A stretch of DNA of 64,000 nucleotides from IMG/VR virus record IMGVR_UViG_3300032299_001015, positions 20,402 through 84,401 of that record; one strand, 5' to 3'. Each line of letters starts with the position of its first letter. Position 1 is the stretch's first letter. Positions 51,789 to 59,809 of the stretch are shown one piece after another. Below the pieces are notes generated by a model. That model had not been told where the DNA came from. It was given only the letters and a program-made list of their open reading frames with translations, and did no database searches. A program made the translations under genes and the position numbers. The DNA comes from a virus.

Positions 51789-52153
51789 TTTTGTACAACC
51801 ACCTTATATCCATTGAGATCTATTACAGACTTAATTTTAACACTATTGGCATTAAGCACTTCTAGATCTGATATAACTAAGTTATTATTCAAATTATATA
51901 AAGAAATAATCGGTGTACTTTGCTGAAGATTGTGATTGATGGTGTAGGAATAAATTCCTAATGAGGCGGAAACAGATGGAAGGGTGGCGCTGGCGGTAAG
52001 TACAACATTTCCAGTTAATCCATTAACGGAAAAAACACTTTGAGCATCTGCTCCTAATGATAAGACAATTGTATCTATTTCATTTGTATATTCTATATCG
52101 ATGGCGTCAATAGAGTTGCTATAGTTAATAGTTATATTATCGATATCAGACAT
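51785..52153 (-). CDS. virion fibre-associated protein
   Basis: SVNGLTGNVVL and TINHNL motifs. Confidence 0.55.
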   Translation of the reverse strand: MSDIDNITINYSNSIDAIDIEYTNEIDTIVLSLGADAQSVFSVNGLTGNVVLTASATLPSVSASLGIYSYTINHNLQQSTPIISLYNLNNNLVISDLEVLNANSVKIKSVIDLNGYKVVVQK

Positions 52154-52508
52154 TTGTATCTCCAGATTCTAAAGCATGTACTCTTTTTTCTATTCTATTG
52201 ACAGCATCTCTTAAAGACATTCCAGAGTTGGGTCGAAGTTCATAGTCTATTCTGTCTAGTTTATACTCTATTGCAGAAAATCTTTCAGTTCCTACTTCTA
52301 AACTTTTTTCTATACTAGAAATTCTTTGAGAAATTCCTGGTCTAGGTGGAACTCCTGGCCTTTCTTCTTCTCCAAGAAAGTCATCAAAGAAGTGAACTGT
52401 TCTCTTTATAAATTTACTTGTTTTAATTGTGGCAATGATAATTACTGTTGCTGCTGTAAGAAGTGCAGCAATTGCAATTATATTTTCTGCAATCAGCCAG
52501 TTGTTCAT
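52146..52508 (-). CDS. membrane protein of the lysis cassette
   Basis: N-terminal TM; ELRPNSGMSLRDAVNRIE. Confidence 0.65.
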   Translation of the reverse strand: MNNWLIAENIIAIAALLTAATVIIIATIKTSKFIKRTVHFFDDFLGEEERPGVPPRPGISQRISSIEKSLEVGTERFSAIEYKLDRIDYELRPNSGMSLRDAVNRIEKRVHALESGDTNV

Positions 52509-52530
52509 ATTTAGTTATCTCCCGATTAAA

Positions 52531-53415
52531 CTATGGTTTATCCTTTCCAAATAATTTAATCCAGGTTGTCTTATTGGGAAGACCATCACGACGATCTTCC
52601 TTGATTCCAATGGACTGTTGGAAAGACTTAAGTGCTGCTGTTGGGAATGTTTGCTTACCAATGGCAAGAGGTTTTTGCTTTCTAAAACCTAGATCATACA
52701 GCCTGCAAGCAACTCTCCACGCAGCCTTATTATTAATCTTTTGAGTAGCGGATTGAGTTGAAATAGCACGGGAAGGAATTGTGCCATCCCATGTAGCAGC
52801 CTTGAGGCGATACTTCTTTGCCTCATTACGCCAGAAGTTTTGATCATAGAACTGCCGCAAGGTGTCATTTTTACGGTATCGGAATGGGCCATAATTCTTT
52901 TCACCTAGGAATGGTCCAGAGTCAGTCCAGTCCCCGTGTGTAACGATTCGTGAACCATCTTCAGGCCATTCATTGAGATCCCAAAGAGCGGCAAGTGTTC
53001 TTGCCACTTGTTCAATCTGGTACTTGTTAATAGTTTTTGACTGGCCTGGATCATCGATTTCAATACCCCATGCACGCCAATGTAGAACATTGCCTGTACC
53101 TACACCTACTGCACTCCAGGGGCCACCGTCTCCAGAGTGATAAGTTGCTCCTGCACTAAGGTACCAGTTTGTGCCTGGATCTTTTCCTACAAGTTGATTA
53201 GCAACAGCCATAGGAGCATATGCAGTAACAGCCCAGTAAAGTGAAGGTGCGCCATTACCATCTACAGCAGATTGAGTAGAAGTGTGGTGAACTACACAGG
53301 CTTGCATACCGTTAGACCAAGGGTTACCTTTTTTGTCCCAGTCTTTATAGTATTGAGCGTCAACACCGTGATCGACGAGGGCTTGACGAATTTGAGCGGG
53401 AGTAGGATTAACCAT
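52531..53415 (-). CDS. endolysin: N-acetylmuramoyl-L-alanine amidase + peptidoglycan-binding domain
   Basis: VVHHT..YHSG..GIEI..THGDW; C-terminal ALKSFQ..DGLPNKTTW; start MVNP after GAGGA. Confidence 0.88.
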   Translation of the reverse strand: MVNPTPAQIRQALVDHGVDAQYYKDWDKKGNPWSNGMQACVVHHTSTQSAVDGNGAPSLYWAVTAYAPMAVANQLVGKDPGTNWYLSAGATYHSGDGGPWSAVGVGTGNVLHWRAWGIEIDDPGQSKTINKYQIEQVARTLAALWDLNEWPEDGSRIVTHGDWTDSGPFLGEKNYGPFRYRKNDTLRQFYDQNFWRNEAKKYRLKAATWDGTIPSRAISTQSATQKINNKAAWRVACRLYDLGFRKQKPLAIGKQTFPTAALKSFQQSIGIKEDRRDGLPNKTTWIKLFGKDKP

Positions 53416-53539
53416 TGGGGTCCTCATTCTTGTCAGATGCTGGGAAGGGTAGTTCATCTTGCTCTGGAACCCATCCAGCGGGAACAGGTTGATTGGTATC
53501 AATATCTGCTAGATCTAAGTCTCCATTAACTTCAGGCAT
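53408..53539 (-). CDS. small acidic protein (43 aa, not in ORF track)
   Basis: MPEVNGDLDLADIDTNQPVPAGW...; overlaps holin stop and endolysin start. Confidence 0.55.
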   Translation of the reverse strand: MPEVNGDLDLADIDTNQPVPAGWVPEQDELPFPASDKNEDPNG

Positions 53540-53771
53540 CTTTAGCCACCTCTGAAGCAACTAAACTGGGGCTATGTTCTTTAGTTATCCCAGCAGAAAC
53601 AATTGATGTAGCATAAGAAAGAAGTGCGCCCCCTAGGGCTAGCCCAATATTTGTCTTCCAATCGACAGTGAAGACATTAAGGGCTCCTGCGGAACCAAGA
53701 ACAATAATAAATTGAGCAAGTGTCTTTAATGCTCTTTCGGTGGACTGTATCCAGAAAACTTTATTAAACAT
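53532..53771 (-). CDS. holin (r1t-type)
   Basis: FW..TERALKTLAQ..DW..ALLSYATSI; two TM segments. Confidence 0.85.
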   Translation of the reverse strand: MFNKVFWIQSTERALKTLAQFIIVLGSAGALNVFTVDWKTNIGLALGGALLSYATSIVSAGITKEHSPSLVASEVAKDA

Positions 53772-54030
53772 TTAATTCTCCATTTCTAGTAGGTAACGAT
53801 TGTGCATCAGTTTGATATGTTCTTACATCTTCATACGCTGCGCCACCGATATATGCTGCCACAACTGTTCCTATCAGTGCAAAAGAAGAAAGAACTAAAG
53901 TCTGAGCAAGAGATGTATCATTCCATCGAACCAATGTATAAACAATTACTGCCATGGCAAACAGCATTGAGCCAAAGACTGCGCGGCGGCGCAGTTTCCA
54001 AGATGGTTTCATTAACGTCTCTTGGTTCAT
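53764..54030 (-). CDS. two-TM membrane protein (holin-like)
   Basis: SWKLRRR..two hydrophobic helices..AYIGGAAYED. Confidence 0.65.
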   Translation of the reverse strand: MNQETLMKPSWKLRRRAVFGSMLFAMAVIVYTLVRWNDTSLAQTLVLSSFALIGTVVAAYIGGAAYEDVRTYQTDAQSLPTRNGELNV

Positions 54031-54216
54031 CTTTCCTTGACTCCCTCATTTACTCATGATTATAATGTTCTTACAGATTCAAATATATCAAATATATTTA
54101 ACATTTGAATATCTTTAATAATTATACTTCTTTAATGTTATTAAAAACACAAGCACCAAATCGAAATCCGAAACCGAAAACAGAATATAATAAACCTACC
54201 ACCTCTGAGGAGAAAA

Positions 54217-54453
54217 ATGCCTACGGCAACTGATAACATGACAGCATCTGCAACTACCGTTGATTTATTTTTGAATAAGCAAGATCGTTGTGATACTGGG
54301 AACTGTCCCGCCCAAGCCTGGGTATTGGTTAAATTTCTTACGGGGGAACTCTTGTTTTGCTCCCACCACTTTGATACATTTGAAGCCGCACTGATTAAGG
54401 ACGCCTACGAAGTTATTGATGAAAGGCATCGAATAAACTCTAAGTCCGAATAA
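54217..54453 (+). CDS. small zinc-binding protein (actinobacterial DRCD..AQA..FCxHH type)
   Basis: DRCDTGNCPAQAW..LLFCSHH. Confidence 0.7.
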   Translation: MPTATDNMTASATTVDLFLNKQDRCDTGNCPAQAWVLVKFLTGELLFCSHHFDTFEAALIKDAYEVIDERHRINSKSE

Positions 54454-54473
54454 TCTGCCTAACTTAATAGCGA

Positions 54474-54555
54474 GCGGCGGTATCGGTCTCGTCTTATAAG
54501 CGAGGGATTATAATGCCGTAATTGGTCCATGTGGGTTCAATTCCCACCCGCCGTA
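54474..54555 (+). tRNA. atypical tRNA-like RNA, anticodon UAU (Ile), lacking a D-arm, with a long variable arm
   Basis: Acceptor GCGGCGG/CCGCCGT; anticodon arm CTCGT-CTTATAA-GCGAG; T arm GTGGG-TTCAATT-CCCAC; discriminator A. Confidence 0.7.
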
Positions 54556-54561
54556 CAACAC

Positions 54562-54634
54562 GCCTCAGTAACTCAGGGGATAGAGTAACGCACTTCTAAT
54601 GCGTAAGTCGTAGGTTCGATTCCTACCTGGGGCA
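54562..54634 (+). tRNA. tRNA-Arg(UCU)
   Basis: Canonical cloverleaf; ACGCA-CTTCTAA-TGCGT. Confidence 0.92.
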
Positions 54635-54666
54635 CAAAGCGAAAGTCGAAAATAGAAAAGGCAACC

Positions 54667-55356
54667 ATGAACATTCTTGATAAAGGTTATATTAAATTAG
54701 TTAGTACTATGGGCTCTGATGTAGAAGTAGTTAATTCTGCAAGAGTCTCTTTTGATAAATCTATTACTACTCTAGGTAGAAGAGACTATTCACTTCTTGA
54801 TTATTTAATCTCTCACCGCCATGATTCTGTTTTGAGACATTGTGCTATGAGTTTTGAGATTTATGCTCCACTATTTGTAGCCAGACAATGGTGGAAGCAC
54901 CATATTGCTGCTACCGCATCGGAAGCACAAGACGGCTGGAATGAGTCCTCTCGCAGATATGTCACAGAGGAGCCAGAGTTCTATGTACCTGGCCCTTGGA
55001 GGGCCGCTAGCGATAATAAAAAACAAGGCAGCAGCGGAGAGATGTCAGAAGATATTTCTGGAAAGTATTCGAAGACTTTAGAGTACTTTATAGAAACAGG
55101 AATCAACATGTACGAGCAGGCCATGGCAGATGGTGTGGCACCAGAACAGGCTCGTTTGTTTCTTCCCGCCTACAGTATGTATATTCGGTGGCGGTGGACG
55201 GCTAGCCTTAATGCCATCCTTCATTTCTGTGACCTAAGACTAGATGAACATGCACAATGGGAAATACAACAATACGCTCATGAGGTATACTCTTTAGTTC
55301 AGGATAAATTTCCTGCAACTGTGACAAGTTGGGAAAAGTTTAGGAGAAGTCGTTGA
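54667..55356 (+). CDS. thyX: flavin-dependent thymidylate synthase
   Basis: NSARVSF..H.SVLRH..PLFVARQW.KH..NESSRRY..EQARLFLP..LRLDEHAQWEI. Confidence 0.92.
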   Translation: MNILDKGYIKLVSTMGSDVEVVNSARVSFDKSITTLGRRDYSLLDYLISHRHDSVLRHCAMSFEIYAPLFVARQWWKHHIAATASEAQDGWNESSRRYVTEEPEFYVPGPWRAASDNKKQGSSGEMSEDISGKYSKTLEYFIETGINMYEQAMADGVAPEQARLFLPAYSMYIRWRWTASLNAILHFCDLRLDEHAQWEIQQYAHEVYSLVQDKFPATVTSWEKFRRSR

Positions 55357-55580
55357 GTTCAGATAAATTTGCAGAAGATATCAACGAAAACCTGGGAGCA
55401 GTGCTTTATATTATGCTTGGTCGTATATACGACATGCTGATTCTTCTTGCAGATGCATCAGGTAAAGGTGAGGATGCTCTGCAATTAATCAATCTGCACT
55501 CACAGGGGCAATTAATGTCTCCCCCGCCCAGTTTGATGTTAGAAGATGATACATCAGAGGACGATGATGACAAGGAATGA
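55353..55580 (+). CDS. hypothetical protein
   Basis: Coupled to thyX. Confidence 0.6.
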   Translation: MSSDKFAEDINENLGAVLYIMLGRIYDMLILLADASGKGEDALQLINLHSQGQLMSPPPSLMLEDDTSEDDDDKE

Positions 55581-55923
55581 GAAAAGAAATTTAGAACGTA
55601 AACGTAAATGGGCTATATCTGGTCTTATTAAGACTTCAAGAGGATGTGAAAGTGGCAGTTGCCCCCTTCCGTCCGATTTTTTATTTGAATCTGTAGATTT
55701 AGATTTTGATCATGTCGATCCTAATGATAAAAAAGCCAATGTGTCTGATTTAATCCGCTCCGATTATGCATGGCCTACTATTCAAAATGAAATCAATAAG
55801 TGTCGTGTTATTTGTAAATTATGTCATGCACGACATTCCCGTGATACCCGCGCTTCTTATAATCAACATAAGACCGATATTTGTGATGAGCCGACCAGTA
55901 TTTCACATTTCCTTGGTATCTGA
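55546..55923 (+). CDS. HNH-like endonuclease
   Basis: GC..C..LDFDHVDP..EINKCRVICKLCH. Confidence 0.75.
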   Translation: MIHQRTMMTRNEKRNLERKRKWAISGLIKTSRGCESGSCPLPSDFLFESVDLDFDHVDPNDKKANVSDLIRSDYAWPTIQNEINKCRVICKLCHARHSRDTRASYNQHKTDICDEPTSISHFLGI

Positions 55924-55937
55924 CCGTTATCAAATTG

Positions 55938-56378
55938 TTACCTTTTAAGGTAATCTATAGCGCTTTGCAAAAATTTTATATTGTCTTTAAACTGACCCAA
56001 TCCATTATTGCAATGTCTACAAAGAAGTCCACGAATCTTTCCTGTGGCATGACAATGATCAACATGTGCAGATTTATTAATGTCAGAATTACATATAGCA
56101 CAAGAATAACTTTGAGTCTCTAATAAGTTAAAAAATTCTTCCTTAGTTATTCCATAGAATAACTTTCTTCTTGTCCATAAAGATGAGTCTTTAGATGCCT
56201 GGGGATTTAACTCCCGCCACTTTTTATTCCTACTGAGCGAACATTCTTTGCAATATGCAGACATAAGATCTTTTCTTCCTTTATCTTGGTAGAAATCATT
56301 TCTATTTTTTACAGAGTTGCATAAACTACATTTCTTACTTTGCCTATTTGGATTAATTGTCATATAACTATTATACAC
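55938..56378 (-). CDS. endonuclease VII-domain (homing-type) nuclease
   Basis: CAIC..HVDHCHATGKIRGLLCRHCNNGLG; probable leaderless start at MTIN. Confidence 0.85.
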   Translation of the reverse strand: MYNSYMTINPNRQSKKCSLCNSVKNRNDFYQDKGRKDLMSAYCKECSLSRNKKWRELNPQASKDSSLWTRRKLFYGITKEEFFNLLETQSYSCAICNSDINKSAHVDHCHATGKIRGLLCRHCNNGLGQFKDNIKFLQSAIDYLKR

Positions 56379-56726
56379 AAAAAGATTAACACTTTTATTT
56401 TGAACAAATGTTAGTGGCTAGCGAATTTGTATAATACACGATTTTAAGTAAGATTTTCCCAATTAAGTAGTGCGCCCATACGTCATGGCATATGTCAAGC
56501 CGACACGCCGACATTATGCGGATTGTTATAAAGGTGTCTCATTCCAGCATAATGCGGATTCTATAGTTATCATCCTGTTACCTAGGCATGTCCGATTTGT
56601 ATGCGTTTCTAGCGTCTCAATGTCAGACCCCCATGCTAGGATCTACCTATAACTGAATATCTCCTAGGCAAATAAGCCCCATGAGGGATGAGCCCTAGGC
56701 CACACCGTAAGATAGAAAGGCTAGAC

Positions 56727-56921
56727 ATGAATACTCAGGCATACAAGGGTATTGCCCCTCGCACTACCGCCGCGCTTCGTGCGCGTCGCTCATTGGTCGC
56801 TCGTATTGGAAGCGATGCTGTCGCTGCACAGGATGCGGAGCGTGTGGACTACTACCGTGCGCTGATCGCGCAGGCTAAGGCTGCAGAGCGTAGACTGTCA
56901 GACCCTAGTGATAAGGTGTAA
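56727..56921 (+). CDS. hypothetical early protein
   Basis: GAAAGG SD; MNTQAYKG...LSDPSDKV. Confidence 0.7.
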   Translation: MNTQAYKGIAPRTTAALRARRSLVARIGSDAVAAQDAERVDYYRALIAQAKAAERRLSDPSDKV

Positions 56922-56923
56922 TC

Positions 56924-57019
56924 ATGAGAACATTCCTGCAGCACGTTACTTCATTCGTCATCATTAGCGGTATCCTTACCGCTATGGCTATCGTTGGTGG
57001 AATAGAGGGAGGCTTCTAA
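56924..57019 (+). CDS. small membrane peptide (31 aa), leaderless
   Basis: MRTFLQHVTSFVIISGILTAMAIVGGIEGGF. Confidence 0.6.
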   Translation: MRTFLQHVTSFVIISGILTAMAIVGGIEGGF

Positions 57020-57276
57020 TGATTACCCGCGCAGAAGGTATCGTCAATGCTAAGGCTAAGATCGCGCATCCTATGGCCGATGAGGTTTCTATCGCTATGG
57101 GGCAGGGAGCGTATGCACGCTTTCCCTATTCCGTCGAACTTGCATTCTTCAAGAATGGAGATTGGGTAACTGAGCCTCTGCCAGAGTTTGCTGCACTCTA
57201 CTCTAATGAGGTCTACCCCTATGTCCCGCTGATCTACTTCGCACAGTTCCTTGAGAACTACGGCGCGGGAGGGTAG
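57019..57276 (+). CDS. hypothetical protein
   Basis: TAATG coupling. Confidence 0.65.
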   Translation: MITRAEGIVNAKAKIAHPMADEVSIAMGQGAYARFPYSVELAFFKNGDWVTEPLPEFAALYSNEVYPYVPLIYFAQFLENYGAGG

Positions 57277-57281
57277 TAGCC

Positions 57282-57308
57282 AAAAACCCTTATAAATAAA
57301 GGGTTTTT
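57282..57308. terminator. bidirectional intrinsic terminator
   Basis: AAAAACCCTT..AAGGGTTTTT. Confidence 0.65.
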
Positions 57309-57517
57309 CAGTACTTGACAAATCGCTTCTGCGGGGCCGGGCCGCGAATCGGACATATCACCTAGGTTACGATTACGTTACGATGATCACGAATTACGGC
57401 ATGTCGATTTGACAGACATATTGGACATATCACCGTTACCAACCTGTTATGAAAGTTGTCCGTTTTGTATACATTCTGGATTAGGTAATGTCAGACCCCT
57501 AGTGTAGAGTCAGAGAC

Positions 57518-57676
57518 ATGAACAAGCAAAGAGTATGGAAGTACCAAGTAACCCTTACCGATCACCGCTCCTTCGTGGTGTCTGTCTTCTCCGCTGACCG
57601 TGATCCTTCCACGGTTGTCCGTCCCGAATTGCGGGACATGATCCTTGACGTAACTACCCTTGAGAGTGTAGGTTAG
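57518..57676 (+). CDS. hypothetical protein (52 aa), leaderless
   Basis: ATG 7 nt after TAGAGT. Confidence 0.65.
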   Translation: MNKQRVWKYQVTLTDHRSFVVSVFSADRDPSTVVRPELRDMILDVTTLESVG

Positions 57677-57680
57677 TACC

Positions 57681-57965
57681 ATGATTGATTCAGTAGATCG
57701 TATCGTCACCACTCCGATTAGAGAGTGCCCTCCACTAGTTGAGGCCGTTGTCCTTACGGATAGCCCTATCCTAAATACTTTTTGGGTCACCATCGAACAA
57801 GATGGGCCTACCGATTACTTTGTAATCACTGAGGTAATTAGTGGATATGAGGAGATTGTATCTGGCTCTACTGTAGTAAAGTGGCTCAAGCCTGAGGACA
57901 TGAATGACCCCGTGATTCAGGCGGAATTGGTAGCGGGACTGGCTTCTATGGGATTGGAATTCTAA
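57681..57965 (+). CDS. hypothetical protein
   Basis: TTGACG-N18-TAGGTT-N6-ATG. Confidence 0.65.
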   Translation: MIDSVDRIVTTPIRECPPLVEAVVLTDSPILNTFWVTIEQDGPTDYFVITEVISGYEEIVSGSTVVKWLKPEDMNDPVIQAELVAGLASMGLEF

Positions 57966-58147
57966 TGTTTGATCTTCACGACTCCCGCTCAGGATTGACG
58001 TATCGCTGGAATCAATCCCACGGCGTGAGTATCTATAACCGCGAATGGGAAGAGATCGACTACTTCGAATTTGGATACATGGCAGATGGATCGCGCCCTA
58101 CCTTTGTAGAGTTTTGCGCGGCGGTTTCTAGGAGGACTAGTGAGTAA
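57965..58147 (+). CDS. hypothetical protein
   Basis: TAATG coupling. Confidence 0.6.
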   Translation: MFDLHDSRSGLTYRWNQSHGVSIYNREWEEIDYFEFGYMADGSRPTFVEFCAAVSRRTSE

Positions 58148-58337
58148 AGTAATAGAACGCCGTCCATTCGATATCAATATGACAATGCAATGGAATGACA
58201 TTCAGGAATTGCTCACACGATGCAAGCGCATGTGGGCATGTGCTGAGAATCCTGGCGACTTCCAAACTTTGGAAGAATTGGAGAAGTCTCTACACATTCT
58301 TGCGGAGAATATTCGAACTAGACTTGACAAATCCTGA
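58140..58337 (+). CDS. hypothetical protein
   Basis: AGGAGG SD; ends inside a TTGACAA arm. Confidence 0.6.
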   Translation: MSKVIERRPFDINMTMQWNDIQELLTRCKRMWACAENPGDFQTLEELEKSLHILAENIRTRLDKS

Positions 58338-58441
58338 AAGACGGGCCGGGCCGCGTTTTGAAAATGTTATATAAATAATTACGTTACGACTTGACAAGTA
58401 ACGGGAATTTTGATAGGTTCGACCTGTCGAAAGGAGATATC

Positions 58442-58567
58442 ATGGGTTCTGTCATTATTCCCGTCGCGTGTGACTGGCACGCAGTCTACTCCATCCATGA
58501 GGATGGCGTATGGTATGGCCTCTACTGCGAGGAGTGTGATGAAACCTACCCGCCTGTGGCGGAGTAG
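58442..58567 (+). CDS. small Cys/His protein (41 aa)
   Basis: AAGGAG SD; CDWH..CEEC. Confidence 0.6.
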   Translation: MGSVIIPVACDWHAVYSIHEDGVWYGLYCEECDETYPPVAE

Positions 58568-58629
58568 GCCCCGGCTCGCTGTCAGACCCCTGTGCTAGTC
58601 TTACGATACACATACGAAAGGACACGAAA

Positions 58630-58761
58630 ATGGCTCGCTGTGAAGATTACCCGTGCTGTGGACACACCGATGGCCTTGGCTGCAACTATGCCCCCGATAT
58701 GGAGGCAATCTATGCCTCTGTCCAGCGCCGTCTTGATGACGACTACTACGACTACTACTGA
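58630..58761 (+). CDS. small Cys-rich acidic protein (43 aa)
   Basis: GAAAGGA SD; MARCEDYPCCGH..DDDYYDYY. Confidence 0.65.
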   Translation: MARCEDYPCCGHTDGLGCNYAPDMEAIYASVQRRLDDDYYDYY

Positions 58762-58874
58762 AAGGCCCGGCCTGAAAATCTTCACATTGTCAAGTCTTAC
58801 GATGTGAAATACGACACACACGAAAACGGTCACGGGGATGCCTGAGTGTCAGACCCCTATGATAAAGTCATCCT

Positions 58875-59021
58875 ATGAGTGAAAGTACAGAGATGCATTA
58901 TTACCCCGCCGACGAGGATTGGTTCGCTCGTCACCATGACGAGATGGAGGCTATGAAGTTGGGCCTTGACCTTGACCCTAACCCTTGGCTGTCAGACCCC
59001 CATGATAAGGTGAAGCCATGA
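58875..59021 (+). CDS. hypothetical protein (48 aa), leaderless
   Basis: ATG 6 nt after TAAAGT; ends LSDPHDKVKP. Confidence 0.55.
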   Translation: MSESTEMHYYPADEDWFARHHDEMEAMKLGLDLDPNPWLSDPHDKVKP

Positions 59022-59155
59022 CCAACTACTACCGCGTGTTCTACTTGAACCGATTCAAGAAGGCATTCAATACCCGCGATAAGGCTCTGAAGTATGTTTC
59101 CTCTCAGGACGTACCTGAAGACTATGAGATTCTAGATTGGAGTGATGAACTGTGA
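59018..59155 (+). CDS. hypothetical protein (45 aa), leaderless
   Basis: ATG 6 nt after TAAGGT. Confidence 0.6.
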   Translation: MTNYYRVFYLNRFKKAFNTRDKALKYVSSQDVPEDYEILDWSDEL

Positions 59156-59307
59156 AGTGCAATAAGTTTGGCGTAGAGTTTGAGAAGGCATGGCTAGATA
59201 ACTACTACATGCTTGGCGACCATGCTTTCGACTATGCGCGATGCATGTATCTGGATGACGGCACTCTGATTGTCGATGGGGTGCGCTATGAGGAGGTGCC
59301 TTTCTGA
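59152..59307 (+). CDS. hypothetical protein (51 aa)
   Basis: GTGA and TGATG overlaps with neighbours. Confidence 0.55.
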   Translation: MKCNKFGVEFEKAWLDNYYMLGDHAFDYARCMYLDDGTLIVDGVRYEEVPF

Positions 59308-59522
59308 TGTGGCAGGATGGTGCAGCGTGCAAGGATGCGGATAGCAATCTTTTTCTTAGTGGTGTGACCTCGCGTGTAGAACAGGCTAAGAAGATTTGTG
59401 CAACGTGCAGCGTTGTGCAGGAGTGTCTAGAGTTTGCAATTCGCAATGAGGATTTTGAGCCTCATGTCTATGGTGGAATGACAGGTCAAGAAAGACGGCG
59501 TGTTTCCTTGACAAATGCCTGA
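59307..59522 (+). CDS. whiB: WhiB-family Fe-S transcription factor
   Basis: WQDGAAC..LF..AKKICATCSVVQECLEFA..VYGGMT.QERR. Confidence 0.92.
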   Translation: MWQDGAACKDADSNLFLSGVTSRVEQAKKICATCSVVQECLEFAIRNEDFEPHVYGGMTGQERRRVSLTNA

Positions 59523-59613
59523 AAGTGGGCCGGGCTGCAATTCCAAGAATACTCATAGATTTACGACCTCTTACGATTTGACACGGGGATCACGGTCATG
59601 ATAGGATCACTCT

Positions 59614-59760
59614 ATGAGTAATCGTGTCAGCCCCCGCCGTAGCACGGAGCATAATCGTATCGTTGTTGAGCGTCGTCGCTCTAATGCCGCGCAGCCTCAT
59701 AAGAATAAGGCCAAGTATTCGCGCAAGGACAAGCATCGTAACCGTTTCGTTACCGACTGA
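59614..59760 (+). CDS. small very basic protein (48 aa), leaderless
   Basis: RRRSNAAQPHKNKAKYSRKDKHRNR; TTGACA-N18-TAGGAT-N6-ATG. Confidence 0.7.
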   Translation: MSNRVSPRRSTEHNRIVVERRRSNAAQPHKNKAKYSRKDKHRNRFVTD

Positions 59761-59809
59761 TCCCAATATTCCCCCTTTCAATGTCAGACCCTAGTGCTAG
59801 GATCATTCC

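Noticed and set aside
59625-59645. Eleventh TGTCAG promoter box
   Set aside because: TGTCAGCCCC lies inside a CDS and the downstream hexamer (TAGCAC) lacks the final T.
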